From contig CAXBMO010000032.1 of NCBI GenBank assembly GCA_963977015.1, forward strand, positions 1-58,898: DNA of 58,898 bases, in the 5' to 3' direction. The notes below the pieces were generated by a model. That model was not told the origin of the DNA and did not search any database. It was given only the letters and a program-made list of their open reading frames with translations. Of this stretch, positions 23,337 through 33,565 are shown piece after piece. Positions within the stretch are counted from its first letter, which is position 1; each line of letters opens with the position of its first letter. Origin of the DNA: an uncultured bacterium (GTDB lineage Bacteria; Verrucomicrobiota; Verrucomicrobiia; Verrucomicrobiales; DEV007). The position numbers and the translations under genes were made by a program.

Positions 23337-26300
23337 CTACCCTTTTTTGCTCGCCAAGTAGGCCACGAGGGAGGCGAAGTCGTCGACGCTCAAGGCGTTG
23401 GCGAGTCCGGGCGGCATCATGGAGATCTCCAATTCGTGGCGCTGGGCGACATCCGCTGCTTTGACCTTGTGGACCTGGCCGGCGATGTCGCGCAACTCGA
23501 GTTGATCGCTGGTCTCGCCGGTTACGAATCCAGTTACCGATTTCCCGTCCTTGGTCGAGATCATGACGGTGGCGAAGCCCTGGGAAATGGAGGCGTTTGG
23601 CTTGAGGATGGACTCGGCGATTTGTTCGCGGCTGAGCACCGCTCCGACCTGCCCCATGTGCGGACCTTTCAACGGCTGACCGACTTCGGTGGTGTGGCAG
23701 GCAATGCATCCCTGGGTCGTGAAAATCGCCGCCCCTTTCTTGGGATCGCCCTTGTGGGTATCGAGCGCGAGCATGACGTCCTCGATCGACATCTTCCCGA
23801 TTTCGCCCGCTTTTCCGGCAATCATGGACAGATCGACCTTGGGTTCGTCGTTCGCCACCGCGGCAACGGCCACCGGCTCAATCCCGGACAAGTCCATGCG
23901 ATAATTCTCATTCAAGAGCGCCAGCCACCTCTTCCGGTCGGTCTCGGCTGCCTGGTACTCGGCCAACAGAAACTGCTCGATTCCGGCTGAGGCTTCCCAG
24001 GTTTCTCCCACATAGAAAGGGCCACGGGTGTCGGGGCGGGTTCCCCACCACCAGGAACCGTCATAGGCTTTTTCTCGTTGATAGAGGCGCGCCAACAATT
24101 CGGTCAATTCCTCGCGCTGAGTTCCTTGTGCGTTCTTCGCCTGGGCGAGGACCGTTTCGACAACCTTGGGCTCGAACTGATACCGCAATGCCCAGAGCGC
24201 GCCTTGACGATTGGGACCGTTCAACGCACCGAGGCTGGCATCCACCGCCTTGAGCTGAGTAAGCGCCTTTACCGCGACATGAGGCAGAATGATCGCCGCA
24301 TTGGGTTTGGCGTGCGGCCCCTCCGCCGATGGAGTCCCGGGAATCCTGGGAATGGCATTGTGGACGGCAAAGGCAGAGGAACCACCTTTGTCCGACGTGC
24401 TGGCGATGCCGATGGTCGCCTTGAAGCGTTTTGCGCCGGGCGGAAGTTTGTAGACGAGGGAAGAGGGTGCATGGCTGCCGAGCCCGGTAGGACTTGGGGT
24501 GCCATCGTGCCGTTTCAAAGCGTTCCCATTCGGCGCTTTACCAACGGCAATTTTTCCCCAACCAACCTCGGCCGATTCTTGTTTCGCGCCCTCTGAGAGG
24601 GGCACTTCAGAACCATCTGCCATGACCAAAATCGGGTCGAACCAGGAACTGTGATCCAGCCCACTGCCGTTCCCACCGTCGGTGGTGTGGAGGTGAAGCT
24701 TTTCGAACCCTGTCAGATCAATATCGATGTCCTGGGTTTCGTCGCCCTTCAGGATCTTGCTCATGAACACCGGAGGCTCGGTCGGCGCCTTCTTCTGACC
24801 TTCCGTGGAAAGAGGATTGGCAACGGCAAGCAAGGCCTCCGCCGCCGTGACATCACCCAACCGACCGAGTGATACCGCCGCCGCGACCTGCACCCGCGGG
24901 TTGGAGTCGCGCAAGGCTCCGGCAAACACGTCCTTGCTCAATCCACCAAGTTGCGTCTTCCGGTCCGTCGCCGCGCGAAGCGCCCACTCCCTCACCACAG
25001 CGTCGCCCGCCAACTGAACCAATTCCGCGTTCGCGCCTTCGCCGAGCAATTGCTTGTAGGTGAAGATCGCCGCAACCCGGGAGTCGAGCGACGCGTCATG
25101 ACTCTTCGCCATCGCCAGCAAAGCTTCAGCCACCGATGGATCGCCACGGCGAAGAATCGCCTGTTGGGCATGAAGCCGGGCTTTCGCACTGGCAGCCCCG
25201 ATCAGAGCCACCAACTCCGATGGTGAAGCTTTCGCGAGATCCGGAAACGCCTGGTAGGTCCAACCTTTGGGAACAACTCGCTGCACATAGCCCTTCTCTG
25301 ACGAACCCTTGTATCCAGCCCCATCCCAAGCCGCTACATAAAGCGCGGAAGAACCGTCGCAATCCACATCGGAAATCTGATTTACTTTCAAGAACACTTC
25401 CGGCTCCTGGGTAAAGCTTGCCCCATCAGGTTTCAGGCGATGGATATATAAGGTGCTGCGCCCCCAATCACACATCATGGGTTGATTGTTGAACTTCGCG
25501 GGCCAACCCGGCTCCTGAAAATACATCGAGCCTGTTCCCGAACCGCCGCCCAGGTCTTCCAGCGCCGGGAGAATCTCGCCGGTGAAGTTCTTGAAATGCA
25601 TTGGGTAACCATAATGCGCGGATTGAATGTGATGAATGAAACGCACGTTCCAGCCCCCTCCGTCATTGGTATTTCCCCGCGTGTAGATATTCATCAGCGG
25701 ATCGATCGCGATGTCGTAGATATTACGCAGGCCGGTGGTGTAGACCTCCAACTCGGTGCCGTCCGGTCGAACCCGAACCACGCCCCCGCCGAGCATCGTC
25801 AGTTCCGTGCCGTCGGTGCCTTTGGCGCCGTGAATACCGAAGTCGCCCACTGCGATGTAGATCCAGCCGTCAATGCCCATGCGGATTCCGTTCGTGGTAT
25901 GATCCGCGCCGCGATCCTGATTGTGCTTCGGCGGGCTCACATCGCTGACCAGAATCTGGTACGGCCCATCGGCGACACCATCCCAGTCCTTGTCCTCAAA
26001 CACGGAAAGGTGCATGCCGGTCAATTTACCGACGGACTCGGGAATGACGGTGTGGAGCACGAACAGCTGGTTCCCGACCGGAATCAAGCCACGCGGGTTG
26101 TCGATTTTGGCGAACTCGGTGTGGGAGTCGGCGACGCCGTCCTGGTCCTCATCGATCAACCGGATGATTTTGCCTTTTCCCGGTCCTTTCCCGAGCGAAC
26201 CCAGCATGTCGACCCCGACAAAGACCTCCCCGGTTGGAGCTGCGGCCAGGCACGCCGGTGAAGGCGTGATTTCAGGGCCGGAAAAGCGTGTCGATTCCAG

Positions 26301-26369
26301 TTCTGCGGGAAGTTGAGCCCAAAGCAGACCGGGCAACAGGATCAAAGGAAGGGAAAAAAGGCGGGACAT
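23337..26369 (-). CDS. PVC-type heme-binding CxxCH protein (beta-propeller dehydrogenase-like, HEAT repeats, NPCBM, cytochrome c)
   Basis: GLRNIYD propeller motif, HEAT-like repeats, GLGSHAPS NPCBM-like segment, CIACH, SMMPPGL. Confidence 0.88.
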   Translation of the reverse strand: MSRLFSLPLILLPGLLWAQLPAELESTRFSGPEITPSPACLAAAPTGEVFVGVDMLGSLGKGPGKGKIIRLIDEDQDGVADSHTEFAKIDNPRGLIPVGNQLFVLHTVIPESVGKLTGMHLSVFEDKDWDGVADGPYQILVSDVSPPKHNQDRGADHTTNGIRMGIDGWIYIAVGDFGIHGAKGTDGTELTMLGGGVVRVRPDGTELEVYTTGLRNIYDIAIDPLMNIYTRGNTNDGGGWNVRFIHHIQSAHYGYPMHFKNFTGEILPALEDLGGGSGTGSMYFQEPGWPAKFNNQPMMCDWGRSTLYIHRLKPDGASFTQEPEVFLKVNQISDVDCDGSSALYVAAWDGAGYKGSSEKGYVQRVVPKGWTYQAFPDLAKASPSELVALIGAASAKARLHAQQAILRRGDPSVAEALLAMAKSHDASLDSRVAAIFTYKQLLGEGANAELVQLAGDAVVREWALRAATDRKTQLGGLSKDVFAGALRDSNPRVQVAAAVSLGRLGDVTAAEALLAVANPLSTEGQKKAPTEPPVFMSKILKGDETQDIDIDLTGFEKLHLHTTDGGNGSGLDHSSWFDPILVMADGSEVPLSEGAKQESAEVGWGKIAVGKAPNGNALKRHDGTPSPTGLGSHAPSSLVYKLPPGAKRFKATIGIASTSDKGGSSAFAVHNAIPRIPGTPSAEGPHAKPNAAIILPHVAVKALTQLKAVDASLGALNGPNRQGALWALRYQFEPKVVETVLAQAKNAQGTQREELTELLARLYQREKAYDGSWWWGTRPDTRGPFYVGETWEASAGIEQFLLAEYQAAETDRKRWLALLNENYRMDLSGIEPVAVAAVANDEPKVDLSMIAGKAGEIGKMSIEDVMLALDTHKGDPKKGAAIFTTQGCIACHTTEVGQPLKGPHMGQVGAVLSREQIAESILKPNASISQGFATVMISTKDGKSVTGFVTGETSDQLELRDIAGQVHKVKAADVAQRHELEISMMPPGLANALSVDDFASLVAYLASKKG

Positions 26370-26467
26370 AGGCAGCGCTTAGTGATGGCGTGATCGATTT
26401 TGTTCAAAACGACCAAAAGCCGTCACCCGGACATGAGCGGCGGCTTTTGGTTACGAAGCTTGGATCC

Positions 26468-27952
26468 TCACGCCAACACATCCTTGATCACATGGCCATG
26501 AACGTTGGTCAGACGCCGCTCCAGGCCATTGTGATAGTAGCTGAGTCGTTCGTGATCGAGCCCCATGAGATGGAGAATGGTCGCGTTGAAGTCGTAGACC
26601 GAAGCGGGATTGGAGACGGCTTTGAAGCCGAATTCGTCGCTTTCCCCATAGCTGAACCCTTTCTTGACGCCGGCCCCGGCGAGGAAACAGGTAAACGCGC
26701 CGGGATTGTGATCGCGCCCGGTGCCGTTGCCTTGCAGAAAGGGCATGCGACCAAATTCCGTGCACCAAACCACGAGGGTATCGTCGAGCAATCCGCGCCG
26801 TTTCAGATCGTGGATGAGTGCGGCGGTGGGCTGATCCATGATCTCGGCCTGCATCGCATGGGTCTCGGCAATCTTTGAATGCGAATCCCAGTTCGTGATT
26901 CCATTTCCCCCGGAGGGATCGCTCCCGTTGAAAAGCTGAACGACGCGGACGCCTTTCTCGATCAACCGTCGCGCGAGGATGCAGTTCTTGGCGTATTCGC
27001 GCTTCAGTTCCGTTCCGCTCTCGGTGCCGTATTCCTTGTGAATCGACGCGGGCTCGGCGGAAAGATCCATCATGTCGGGAACGGAAAGCTGCATCTGGCC
27101 CGCCAACTCGTAGCTCGCGATCCGGGCGGCGAGGTTGGCGTCGCCAGGATATTTCTCAAGGTGTTTGTCGTTGAGCCGCTTCAAGAGATCGACCGTCGCC
27201 TGGTCGTCCTGTGCCGTGTAGGCACCGGGACGGCCGAGGTTTGCGGGAGGATTCTTCGCATTGAAGTCCGTGCCCTGAAATGCCGCGGGAAGGAACCCGT
27301 TTCCAAAGTTATTCTTCCCTGAACGCGCCAGGCCGCGCGGATCATTGATCGCAACAAACGCGGGCAAATCCTGGGTCGCGGATCCCAACGCATACGTTAC
27401 CCACGCGCCAAAGGAGGGAAAGCCTTCCATCGTGAATCCGGTGTGGAGAAAGTTCTCGCCCTGTGGATGGGCGCTGGTCTGGGTGTGGAGCGAATGCAGG
27501 AAACAGAAGTCGTCAGCCAACGCGCCCAGATTCGGCAACAACTCGGACGTCATCTTCCCACTTTGACCACGTGGTTTGAACTCCCAAAACGGCTTGGCGA
27601 TGTTTCCGGAAGGGCCCTCGAACGTCACCGCCGGCATTCCGGGCGGCTTTTTGCCATGATACCGGGTCAACGCACGCTTGTAGTCGAAGGTGTCGACGTG
27701 GCTGACGGCCCCGGGGCAGAAAATAACGAGAACCCGCTTAGCCTGGCTTTGGAAGTGACCATTGCGCGGCAAATACGGGTTGTCCGGATTGATGTCCGGA
27801 CGGATTGGAGCTTTGCCACTGAACTCCGCCGGGTTCTCGCTCCCGAGAAGTTGCGACAACCCCAACGCGCCCATCGAGAGGCCCGCCTGGCCCATGAAAT
27901 GACGGCGATTGAGGAGCTTGCGTCCGTGAGAAGAAATCGATTCAGGATTCAT
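26468..27952 (-). CDS. DUF1501 family protein
   Basis: Tat RRHF, SHVDTFDYK, CILARRLIE, WDSH, EFGRMP, GRDHNP. Confidence 0.93.
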   Translation of the reverse strand: MNPESISSHGRKLLNRRHFMGQAGLSMGALGLSQLLGSENPAEFSGKAPIRPDINPDNPYLPRNGHFQSQAKRVLVIFCPGAVSHVDTFDYKRALTRYHGKKPPGMPAVTFEGPSGNIAKPFWEFKPRGQSGKMTSELLPNLGALADDFCFLHSLHTQTSAHPQGENFLHTGFTMEGFPSFGAWVTYALGSATQDLPAFVAINDPRGLARSGKNNFGNGFLPAAFQGTDFNAKNPPANLGRPGAYTAQDDQATVDLLKRLNDKHLEKYPGDANLAARIASYELAGQMQLSVPDMMDLSAEPASIHKEYGTESGTELKREYAKNCILARRLIEKGVRVVQLFNGSDPSGGNGITNWDSHSKIAETHAMQAEIMDQPTAALIHDLKRRGLLDDTLVVWCTEFGRMPFLQGNGTGRDHNPGAFTCFLAGAGVKKGFSYGESDEFGFKAVSNPASVYDFNATILHLMGLDHERLSYYHNGLERRLTNVHGHVIKDVLA

Positions 27953-27984
27953 GAAATGACGGGTTCAGGGAATTTGCGTGAGCT

Positions 27985-29604
27985 TTACTTGGCGATGATC
28001 CGGTTCATCCTGGCGGTCAGGTTCGCGACCACCTCGGGATGATCCGCGGCAATGTTCACGGTTTCATGGGGATCGTTTTCGTGATCAAAGAGCTCCACAA
28101 AAACGGGTGGGGCAGACGGATCACGGTAGTCTTTCCAGGCGATCAAACGATAGCGCGAAGAGCGCGCGGTATAACCCATGAGGTGGTTTTCAAAGAGGTC
28201 GCGGTCCCAGGCGTCGCCGTGTTGTTTGATGATGCGTCCTTCGACTTCTTCGATCAACGGCCCAAAGAACGTTTCCCTCATCTCGGGGGAGAGCGGGTTC
28301 GCCGCCCATTCGCGCAGGGCTGGACTCGGAAACTGGCTCACCGCGAGGTCCTTCCATTCCTGCTCCGGATCGTCGAGCAACGGGGCAAAGCTCTTTCCCG
28401 CCAAATGATCCGGCTTGGGAAGCCCCGCAAGTTCACACAAGGTTGGGTAAATATCGACCAGTTCCACCAACGCATCGGTCCCCTTCCCGCGCTCCTTCAT
28501 GTCCGGCGTCGACAAAATCATCGGAACCCGGGTGGCGATCTCGTAGTTCGTCGCCTTTCCCCAGATTCCCATTTCACCCAGGTGCCAACCGTGATCGCCC
28601 CAAACAATGATGATCGTGTTTTCGCGAACGCCGGCCTCCTCCAGGGCAGCGATCATCTTCCCGATCTGCGCATCCACATAACTGACGCTTGCATAGTAGG
28701 CGTGAAGCAGGGTCCGGGAAAGATCGTCTCCCATGGGACCAATCTTGGGAATATTGGCCCGCACCCTCAACTCAAAAGAGGCATGAAGTCCGACCTGTGC
28801 GCCATTCTCCGGGCCGGTTGTCTGAGATGGCAGAACGATCTTCTCCCGATCATAGAGGTCCCAATACTTTTTCGGTGCAACCCAATTGAGATGAGGAAGC
28901 TTGAAGCCGAGCGCCAGAAAAAACGGCTTTTCCGCATCCTGTTTCCTCATGTCCTTGAGCGTGGCGATCGCGACCTGTGTATTATATCCGTCAAGGTAGG
29001 CATGATCGGGAACCTCAGCACATTCAAAGGCCGGGCCGCTGGCGAGACCGCGCCTGGAAGCCTCCCCATATCTCTCAAACATCTCCTTCTTCTGCTGCAT
29101 GTGCAGTTCGTGGTTCTCAGGAAGGGCAAACGTATAATTCGGCTTCTTGAACGGCGTCTGCTTTCTCGCGGCGGGTCGACTCCAGGATTGCGGATCGTCG
29201 CCGGGACGGTGGAAAACTTTGCCGCTGGAAACCGTCTCATAACCATTGGCCATAAAATGCTGAGGTAACGTGACCGCATCGGGATTCAGGTCGCGAAACT
29301 GGACGTAGTTGTGGGTGATGCCCGTTTGATCCGGACGCATTCCCGAGAGCAGGCTGGCGCGAGACGGAGAACAGATCGCCTCCTGGCAATAGGCGCGATC
29401 AAAACGCAACCCGTCGGCGGCAAGCGCATCCAGATTCGGCGATTGAACCGCCGTTGAACCGTAGCAACCAAGCTCAGGACGCAAATCGTCGATCGCTATG
29501 AAGAGGACGTTGGGCTTGTTCGCGGCGAACGCGCTCGCGATGAAACAGAGGCTCACGCAGAGCCGCAGAGGCGCGGAGGATTTTTTTCGGGGGATTTTGG
29601 TCAT
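27985..29604 (-). CDS. Sulfatase (iduronate-2-sulfatase-like)
   Basis: KPNVLFIAIDDLRPELGCYG, CSPSR, GDHGWHLGE. Confidence 0.93.
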   Translation of the reverse strand: MTKIPRKKSSAPLRLCVSLCFIASAFAANKPNVLFIAIDDLRPELGCYGSTAVQSPNLDALAADGLRFDRAYCQEAICSPSRASLLSGMRPDQTGITHNYVQFRDLNPDAVTLPQHFMANGYETVSSGKVFHRPGDDPQSWSRPAARKQTPFKKPNYTFALPENHELHMQQKKEMFERYGEASRRGLASGPAFECAEVPDHAYLDGYNTQVAIATLKDMRKQDAEKPFFLALGFKLPHLNWVAPKKYWDLYDREKIVLPSQTTGPENGAQVGLHASFELRVRANIPKIGPMGDDLSRTLLHAYYASVSYVDAQIGKMIAALEEAGVRENTIIIVWGDHGWHLGEMGIWGKATNYEIATRVPMILSTPDMKERGKGTDALVELVDIYPTLCELAGLPKPDHLAGKSFAPLLDDPEQEWKDLAVSQFPSPALREWAANPLSPEMRETFFGPLIEEVEGRIIKQHGDAWDRDLFENHLMGYTARSSRYRLIAWKDYRDPSAPPVFVELFDHENDPHETVNIAADHPEVVANLTARMNRIIAK

Positions 29605-29659
29605 GGCTGGAAACTTGGATTTGTGATTCTGGAAAGGAGCTCTGCGGCTCTGCGTGAGC
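29551..29659. repeat. Inverted CACGCAGAGCCGCAGAG-type repeat pair
   Basis: 29551-29570 is the exact reverse complement of 29640-29659; a third copy lies at 30057-30083. Confidence 0.85.
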
Positions 29660-29664
29660 TTATC

Positions 29665-30048
29665 TTATTCTTGGAAGTCGTTAACGATGCGATGGATGCC
29701 GTCTTTGAGGAGTGGCGCACCAAAATTGATCAGGAGACCCAGTTTGATTTTGGTGAGCTTCAGATACGTTAGAGTTTGTTTTTTGTGGACGTTTTGAAGC
29801 GTTTCGACGGACTTCAACTCCACCAGAATTCTGCCCGCCACGATCATATCGGCCCGAAACCCCTCGTCCATAACATGTCCATCCCATTCCACGGGAATTG
29901 GAACTTCGGTCTCAACCGCCAAACCGCCCTTTCGTAACTCATACGCCAAAATTCGCTGGTAGACAGACTCCAACAATCCAGGCCCCAAAGTCCGGTGCAT
30001 GAAGAGTGAGCGATCCACGATTACTCCTGTTATTTCGTTGGGTATCAT
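29665..30048 (-). CDS. GxxExxY protein (PD-(D/E)XK-like)
   Basis: LGPGLLESVY, RADMIV, VELKSV, QTLTYLK, GLLINFG. Confidence 0.92.
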   Translation of the reverse strand: MIPNEITGVIVDRSLFMHRTLGPGLLESVYQRILAYELRKGGLAVETEVPIPVEWDGHVMDEGFRADMIVAGRILVELKSVETLQNVHKKQTLTYLKLTKIKLGLLINFGAPLLKDGIHRIVNDFQE

Positions 30049-30056
30049 CACGATAT

Positions 30057-30083
30057 CTCTGCGTCTCAGCGGCTCTGCGTGAG
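30057..30083. repeat. Third copy of the CACGCAGAG-type repeat, upstream of GxxExxY
   Basis: ctctgcgtctcagcggctctgcgtgag. Confidence 0.8.
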
Positions 30084-30095
30084 GCTCCTTCAAAC

Positions 30096-32843
30096 TCAAG
30101 GCAGGAAGGCAAATTCGTTCGAGTTGATCAGGCTGCGACAGATGATCGGAAGGTCGACGTTGAGGCAGGCGGCAAGCTCATCCGCATCGGGTTGCCGCGT
30201 GAGGAGCAATTCAAAGATGCGGCGAATCTGCGCCTCCCTGCCCGGACCGGCTTCTGCCTGAACCCGTTCCGCGATCAGACTCGCCTGCTGCACCACAAAA
30301 TTGCTGTTCATGAGATTGAGCGCCTGGAGCGGCGTGGTTGAGACGGGACGCTTCGCCCGAACCTGGCCGCAATCCGGAAAGTCGAACGCGGTAAAGATGC
30401 GATCATCCACGCGGCGCATGCGCTCCTGATAGAGCATGCGACGCCAGGTCTCTTCGCCAAAATTGTCGACAACCTCCCATTGCGCGTAGGTCTTCTTGAC
30501 GTTGTGGATCCGAAAACTGCGTCCTCCCAGGGTTGGATCCAGCTTGCCCGATGCCTGGAGGATGCCGTCGCGGATCACTTCTGCTTCGACCCGCTGCGGA
30601 GGATAGCGCCAGAGAAACACGGTGCCCGCATCCACGTTCATCGCCGCTTCTGAGGGCTGGCTGGAGCGGCGAAAAGCGTCCGTCATCACGAGTTGGCGGA
30701 TGATCGCCTTGACCGACCATGGCGCGACTTCCGTTTGCGTTGGGTCGACAAACTCCGCCGCGAGCCAGTCGAGCAGCTCGGGATGGCTCGGTCTTGCGCC
30801 CGCCTTTCCAAAGTCGCTCGCCGTCGGCACGATCCCCGTTCCAAACACATGATGCCAAATGCGGTTCACCATGACCCGGGCGGTGAGCGGGTGATCCGGT
30901 TGCGTCAGCCATTGGGCGAATTTCATGCGGCGCTGGGAATCTGGAGCCGTGGAATCCAAACCCAGATCGCCATGGAGAATCTCGAAACCCGCGGGCATCA
31001 CCTCATCCCGCGGATTCTCCGGACTCCCGCGATGCAACACCTTCGTTACCGGCGGCATCGTCGAAAAATGACCGACAAAGCTGTGCTGCGGACCTTCCTC
31101 CCCCAAGGTTGCGATGTGACCATTCAACCGATTGACGGCTTGGGCCGCCTCCGGATTCCGCTTCTGCAACTCCAGCGCCCACGCCGTCTTTCCAACTTCT
31201 TTCCAGGTCCCATCGGCCTGTGGCACGGCAAGCTTATAACCTGGAAACTGGGTATTCCCCCGGGACTCGAGGTAGTCCGTCTCAAAGTAGTATTCCCGGT
31301 TGCTGCTGAACCGGAACCGGCTGATCTCCACCTCACTGGCAAAGCGAACCTCGATCCAGGGCCGCTCCTTACTTCCCTTGGGCGCGGAAGCTCGCCAGGC
31401 CATCGTCCCAAACTTGCCGTCGTTCGCCTTCCACGGCTCGTTCCCCGGCTTCGTCATCTCCTCATCCGCCAGCAACGTTGCGCCGCTGGAAGCAAGCGCC
31501 ACGTTGCGAGTGTAGTTCTCCGGACCAAACACCTGCAACTCATCAATCCCGACGGAAGGACGACTGAACTCAATCCGAAGCGCCTTCGTCCTGGAGGCCG
31601 GAAAGTGAAACTCCCGGAAACCACCCCAGTCCTCCTCCCATTGCCCCACGTTTTCGCGCAGAAACTGACGTTCCCGATACATTTGGCTCCGAATCTCCCT
31701 GGCCCGCTGCCGCCGCGGATGTTCCTCGGCAAACTCCGGATACCGGCCGCCAAACTCAACTCCCTGAACGACCGCCGTGAGCGAATAATAGTCCTGGATC
31801 GAAATCGGGTCGAATTTGTGATTGTGACAACGCGCGCAACTGACCGTCACCCCTAACATGGAAGCTCCGATCGTCTGTATCACCTCATCGACCCGGTCCG
31901 CGCGAGCCTGGCGAATGGCCGAAGGTTCCCGACCAACGGTTGCCGCGGGAACATGAGGCCCGGCAACGAGAAAACCGGTCGCCTCTCCCACCCCCAGTTG
32001 ATCGCCGGCCAGTTGCTCAGTGACAAAGCGATCGTAGGGAATGTCCTCGTTCAAGGCTCGAATCACATAGTCGCGGTAGATCCAGGCGTTCTTGCGATAG
32101 AGATTTGCCTCCGAACCATTGGTCTCCGCCCAGCGAATCACATCGAGCCAATGCTGCGCCCAGCGTTCCCCAAAGTGCTCCGACGCGAGCAGTTCATCAA
32201 TCAACGCGGCATAGGCAACCTCGGGATTCTCCGCAAACTCCGTCGTAAATTTCGCGACGCGCTCTGGCGTTGGCGGCAACCCGGTCAGAACAATCGAAGC
32301 ACGCCGAATCTGCGAACGCGCGTCTGCCGGACCATTCGGCTCCAGCCCGTTTTCCTCCAGTTTCGCATTCAGCAAGGCATCAATCGGGTTCTCCCCCTTT
32401 GCCGGGATCCTGGGCCGCTCCACGGGAAGAAACGACCAGTGATCGATCTTGGTTTCGACCACCGCATCCATCTGTCCGGGCCATTGCGCTCCGTGCTCAA
32501 TCCAGGTTTTGAGCAAGGCAACCTGATCGCTCGTCAACGGATCGCCCTTCGGCGGCATGATCATGTCAGGATCACTCCCATCCAGCACCTCGAGCAAGTA
32601 GCTCGCCTTGGGATCGCCTGGCACGAGGGCCGCCAATCCGGAATCGCCGCCCTTCAGCATCACGGCGCGTTGATCGACGCGAAATTCGGATTTCTGCTTG
32701 TCCGGCCCGTGGCAATCGAGGCAGTTGTCCTCAAAAATGGGCCAAATATCGCGCTCGAAATCCACCGCAGACGAAAGCGAAGGCGCGAGGGCGATGGCCA
32801 TCACGCCAATGTAGTTGGAGAAGCGACAGAGACCTTGCATCAC
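30096..32843 (-). CDS. PSD1/DUF1549/DUF1553 planctomycete cytochrome c protein
   Basis: CLDCH, HWSFLP, HFGERWAQHWLD, CARCHNHKFDPI, TARVMVNRIW, TPLQALNLMN. Confidence 0.93.
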   Translation of the reverse strand: MMQGLCRFSNYIGVMAIALAPSLSSAVDFERDIWPIFEDNCLDCHGPDKQKSEFRVDQRAVMLKGGDSGLAALVPGDPKASYLLEVLDGSDPDMIMPPKGDPLTSDQVALLKTWIEHGAQWPGQMDAVVETKIDHWSFLPVERPRIPAKGENPIDALLNAKLEENGLEPNGPADARSQIRRASIVLTGLPPTPERVAKFTTEFAENPEVAYAALIDELLASEHFGERWAQHWLDVIRWAETNGSEANLYRKNAWIYRDYVIRALNEDIPYDRFVTEQLAGDQLGVGEATGFLVAGPHVPAATVGREPSAIRQARADRVDEVIQTIGASMLGVTVSCARCHNHKFDPISIQDYYSLTAVVQGVEFGGRYPEFAEEHPRRQRAREIRSQMYRERQFLRENVGQWEEDWGGFREFHFPASRTKALRIEFSRPSVGIDELQVFGPENYTRNVALASSGATLLADEEMTKPGNEPWKANDGKFGTMAWRASAPKGSKERPWIEVRFASEVEISRFRFSSNREYYFETDYLESRGNTQFPGYKLAVPQADGTWKEVGKTAWALELQKRNPEAAQAVNRLNGHIATLGEEGPQHSFVGHFSTMPPVTKVLHRGSPENPRDEVMPAGFEILHGDLGLDSTAPDSQRRMKFAQWLTQPDHPLTARVMVNRIWHHVFGTGIVPTASDFGKAGARPSHPELLDWLAAEFVDPTQTEVAPWSVKAIIRQLVMTDAFRRSSQPSEAAMNVDAGTVFLWRYPPQRVEAEVIRDGILQASGKLDPTLGGRSFRIHNVKKTYAQWEVVDNFGEETWRRMLYQERMRRVDDRIFTAFDFPDCGQVRAKRPVSTTPLQALNLMNSNFVVQQASLIAERVQAEAGPGREAQIRRIFELLLTRQPDADELAACLNVDLPIICRSLINSNEFAFLP

Positions 32844-32979
32844 CCAATCACTGCCGCGGGTTGGGAATCATAACAGTTTTTCTGAAATTAGTCCGCGCTC
32901 CCAGCCCGATCACCATCGTTACACGGCGGAAAAGTTTCTCGTTGTGTTCCTGACAACGCAGCGTTTTCTACCCTCAACT

Positions 32980-33339
32980 ATGGCCAAAATCACGATCTAC
33001 CACAATCCCCACTGAGGCTCCTCAAAAAATGCTCTCGCGGTCGCGGATGAGCTTGGTGTGGACTACGAAGTCGTCCTTTACATGAAAACGCCCCCCACAA
33101 AGGCGGAACTGATGAAACTGGTCGCCGGATTGGAAGACCCGGTTGAGGATCTGGTGCGCAAAGATTCGGTCTTCAAGAAATTGGAGCTCAATCCGGACGA
33201 CTATGTCGGGAACCCGGAGGCCGTCGTCGAGCTGCTTTCCCAGAAAAAAGCGCTCCTGCAACGTCCGGTTGTCGTGAAGGGGAAAAAGGCGATCATCGGT
33301 CGCCCGAAAACTCGGATTAGTGAGTTCCTGAAGAAGTAA
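32980..33339 (+). CDS. arsC: ArsC/Spx-family (glutaredoxin-type arsenate reductase) selenoprotein; TGA at codon 12 read as Sec
   Basis: MAKITIYHNPH-TGA-GSSKNAL continues in frame to ...LLQRPVV...IGRP; the TGA aligns with the catalytic Cys of the HNPxCxxSR motif; downstream hairpin. Confidence 0.8.
33031..33052 (+). promoter_or_regulatory. Candidate bacterial SECIS hairpin
   Basis: GCTC-TCGC-GGTC-GCGG-AT-GAGC; apical loop starts with G about 23 nt after the UGA. Confidence 0.6.
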
Positions 33340-33565
33340 CTGCGGTTCCTCCCACCTATCTTCTCGTCCTTCGCTCGGAGCGAACCTTGGCTTCCTGGGT
33401 CCGGACTCGCCAGAGTAAAAGGCGTAGGCCGCAAAAACTCCGACCAACAAAAGAATGAGAGTGCCTCCGGCAAGGAAATCGATGATGTTCATGATATTCT
33501 GACGCTAACGCCACCTCCTCATTACACGGCCGCTTGGAATGAGGATCCTCAATACTCTATTCACG

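Noticed and set aside
33058-33339. 93-aa ArsC starting at GTG 33058, or an arsC pseudogene
   Set aside because: It would lack the HNPxC active site, which is present in frame upstream with TGA at the Cys position and a SECIS-like hairpin.
33022-33492. 156-aa minus-strand ORF with a TM-like N-terminus
   Set aside because: About two thirds lies antisense to the ArsC gene. The first ~50 codons may be a real small membrane protein, but I cannot support the ORF as given.
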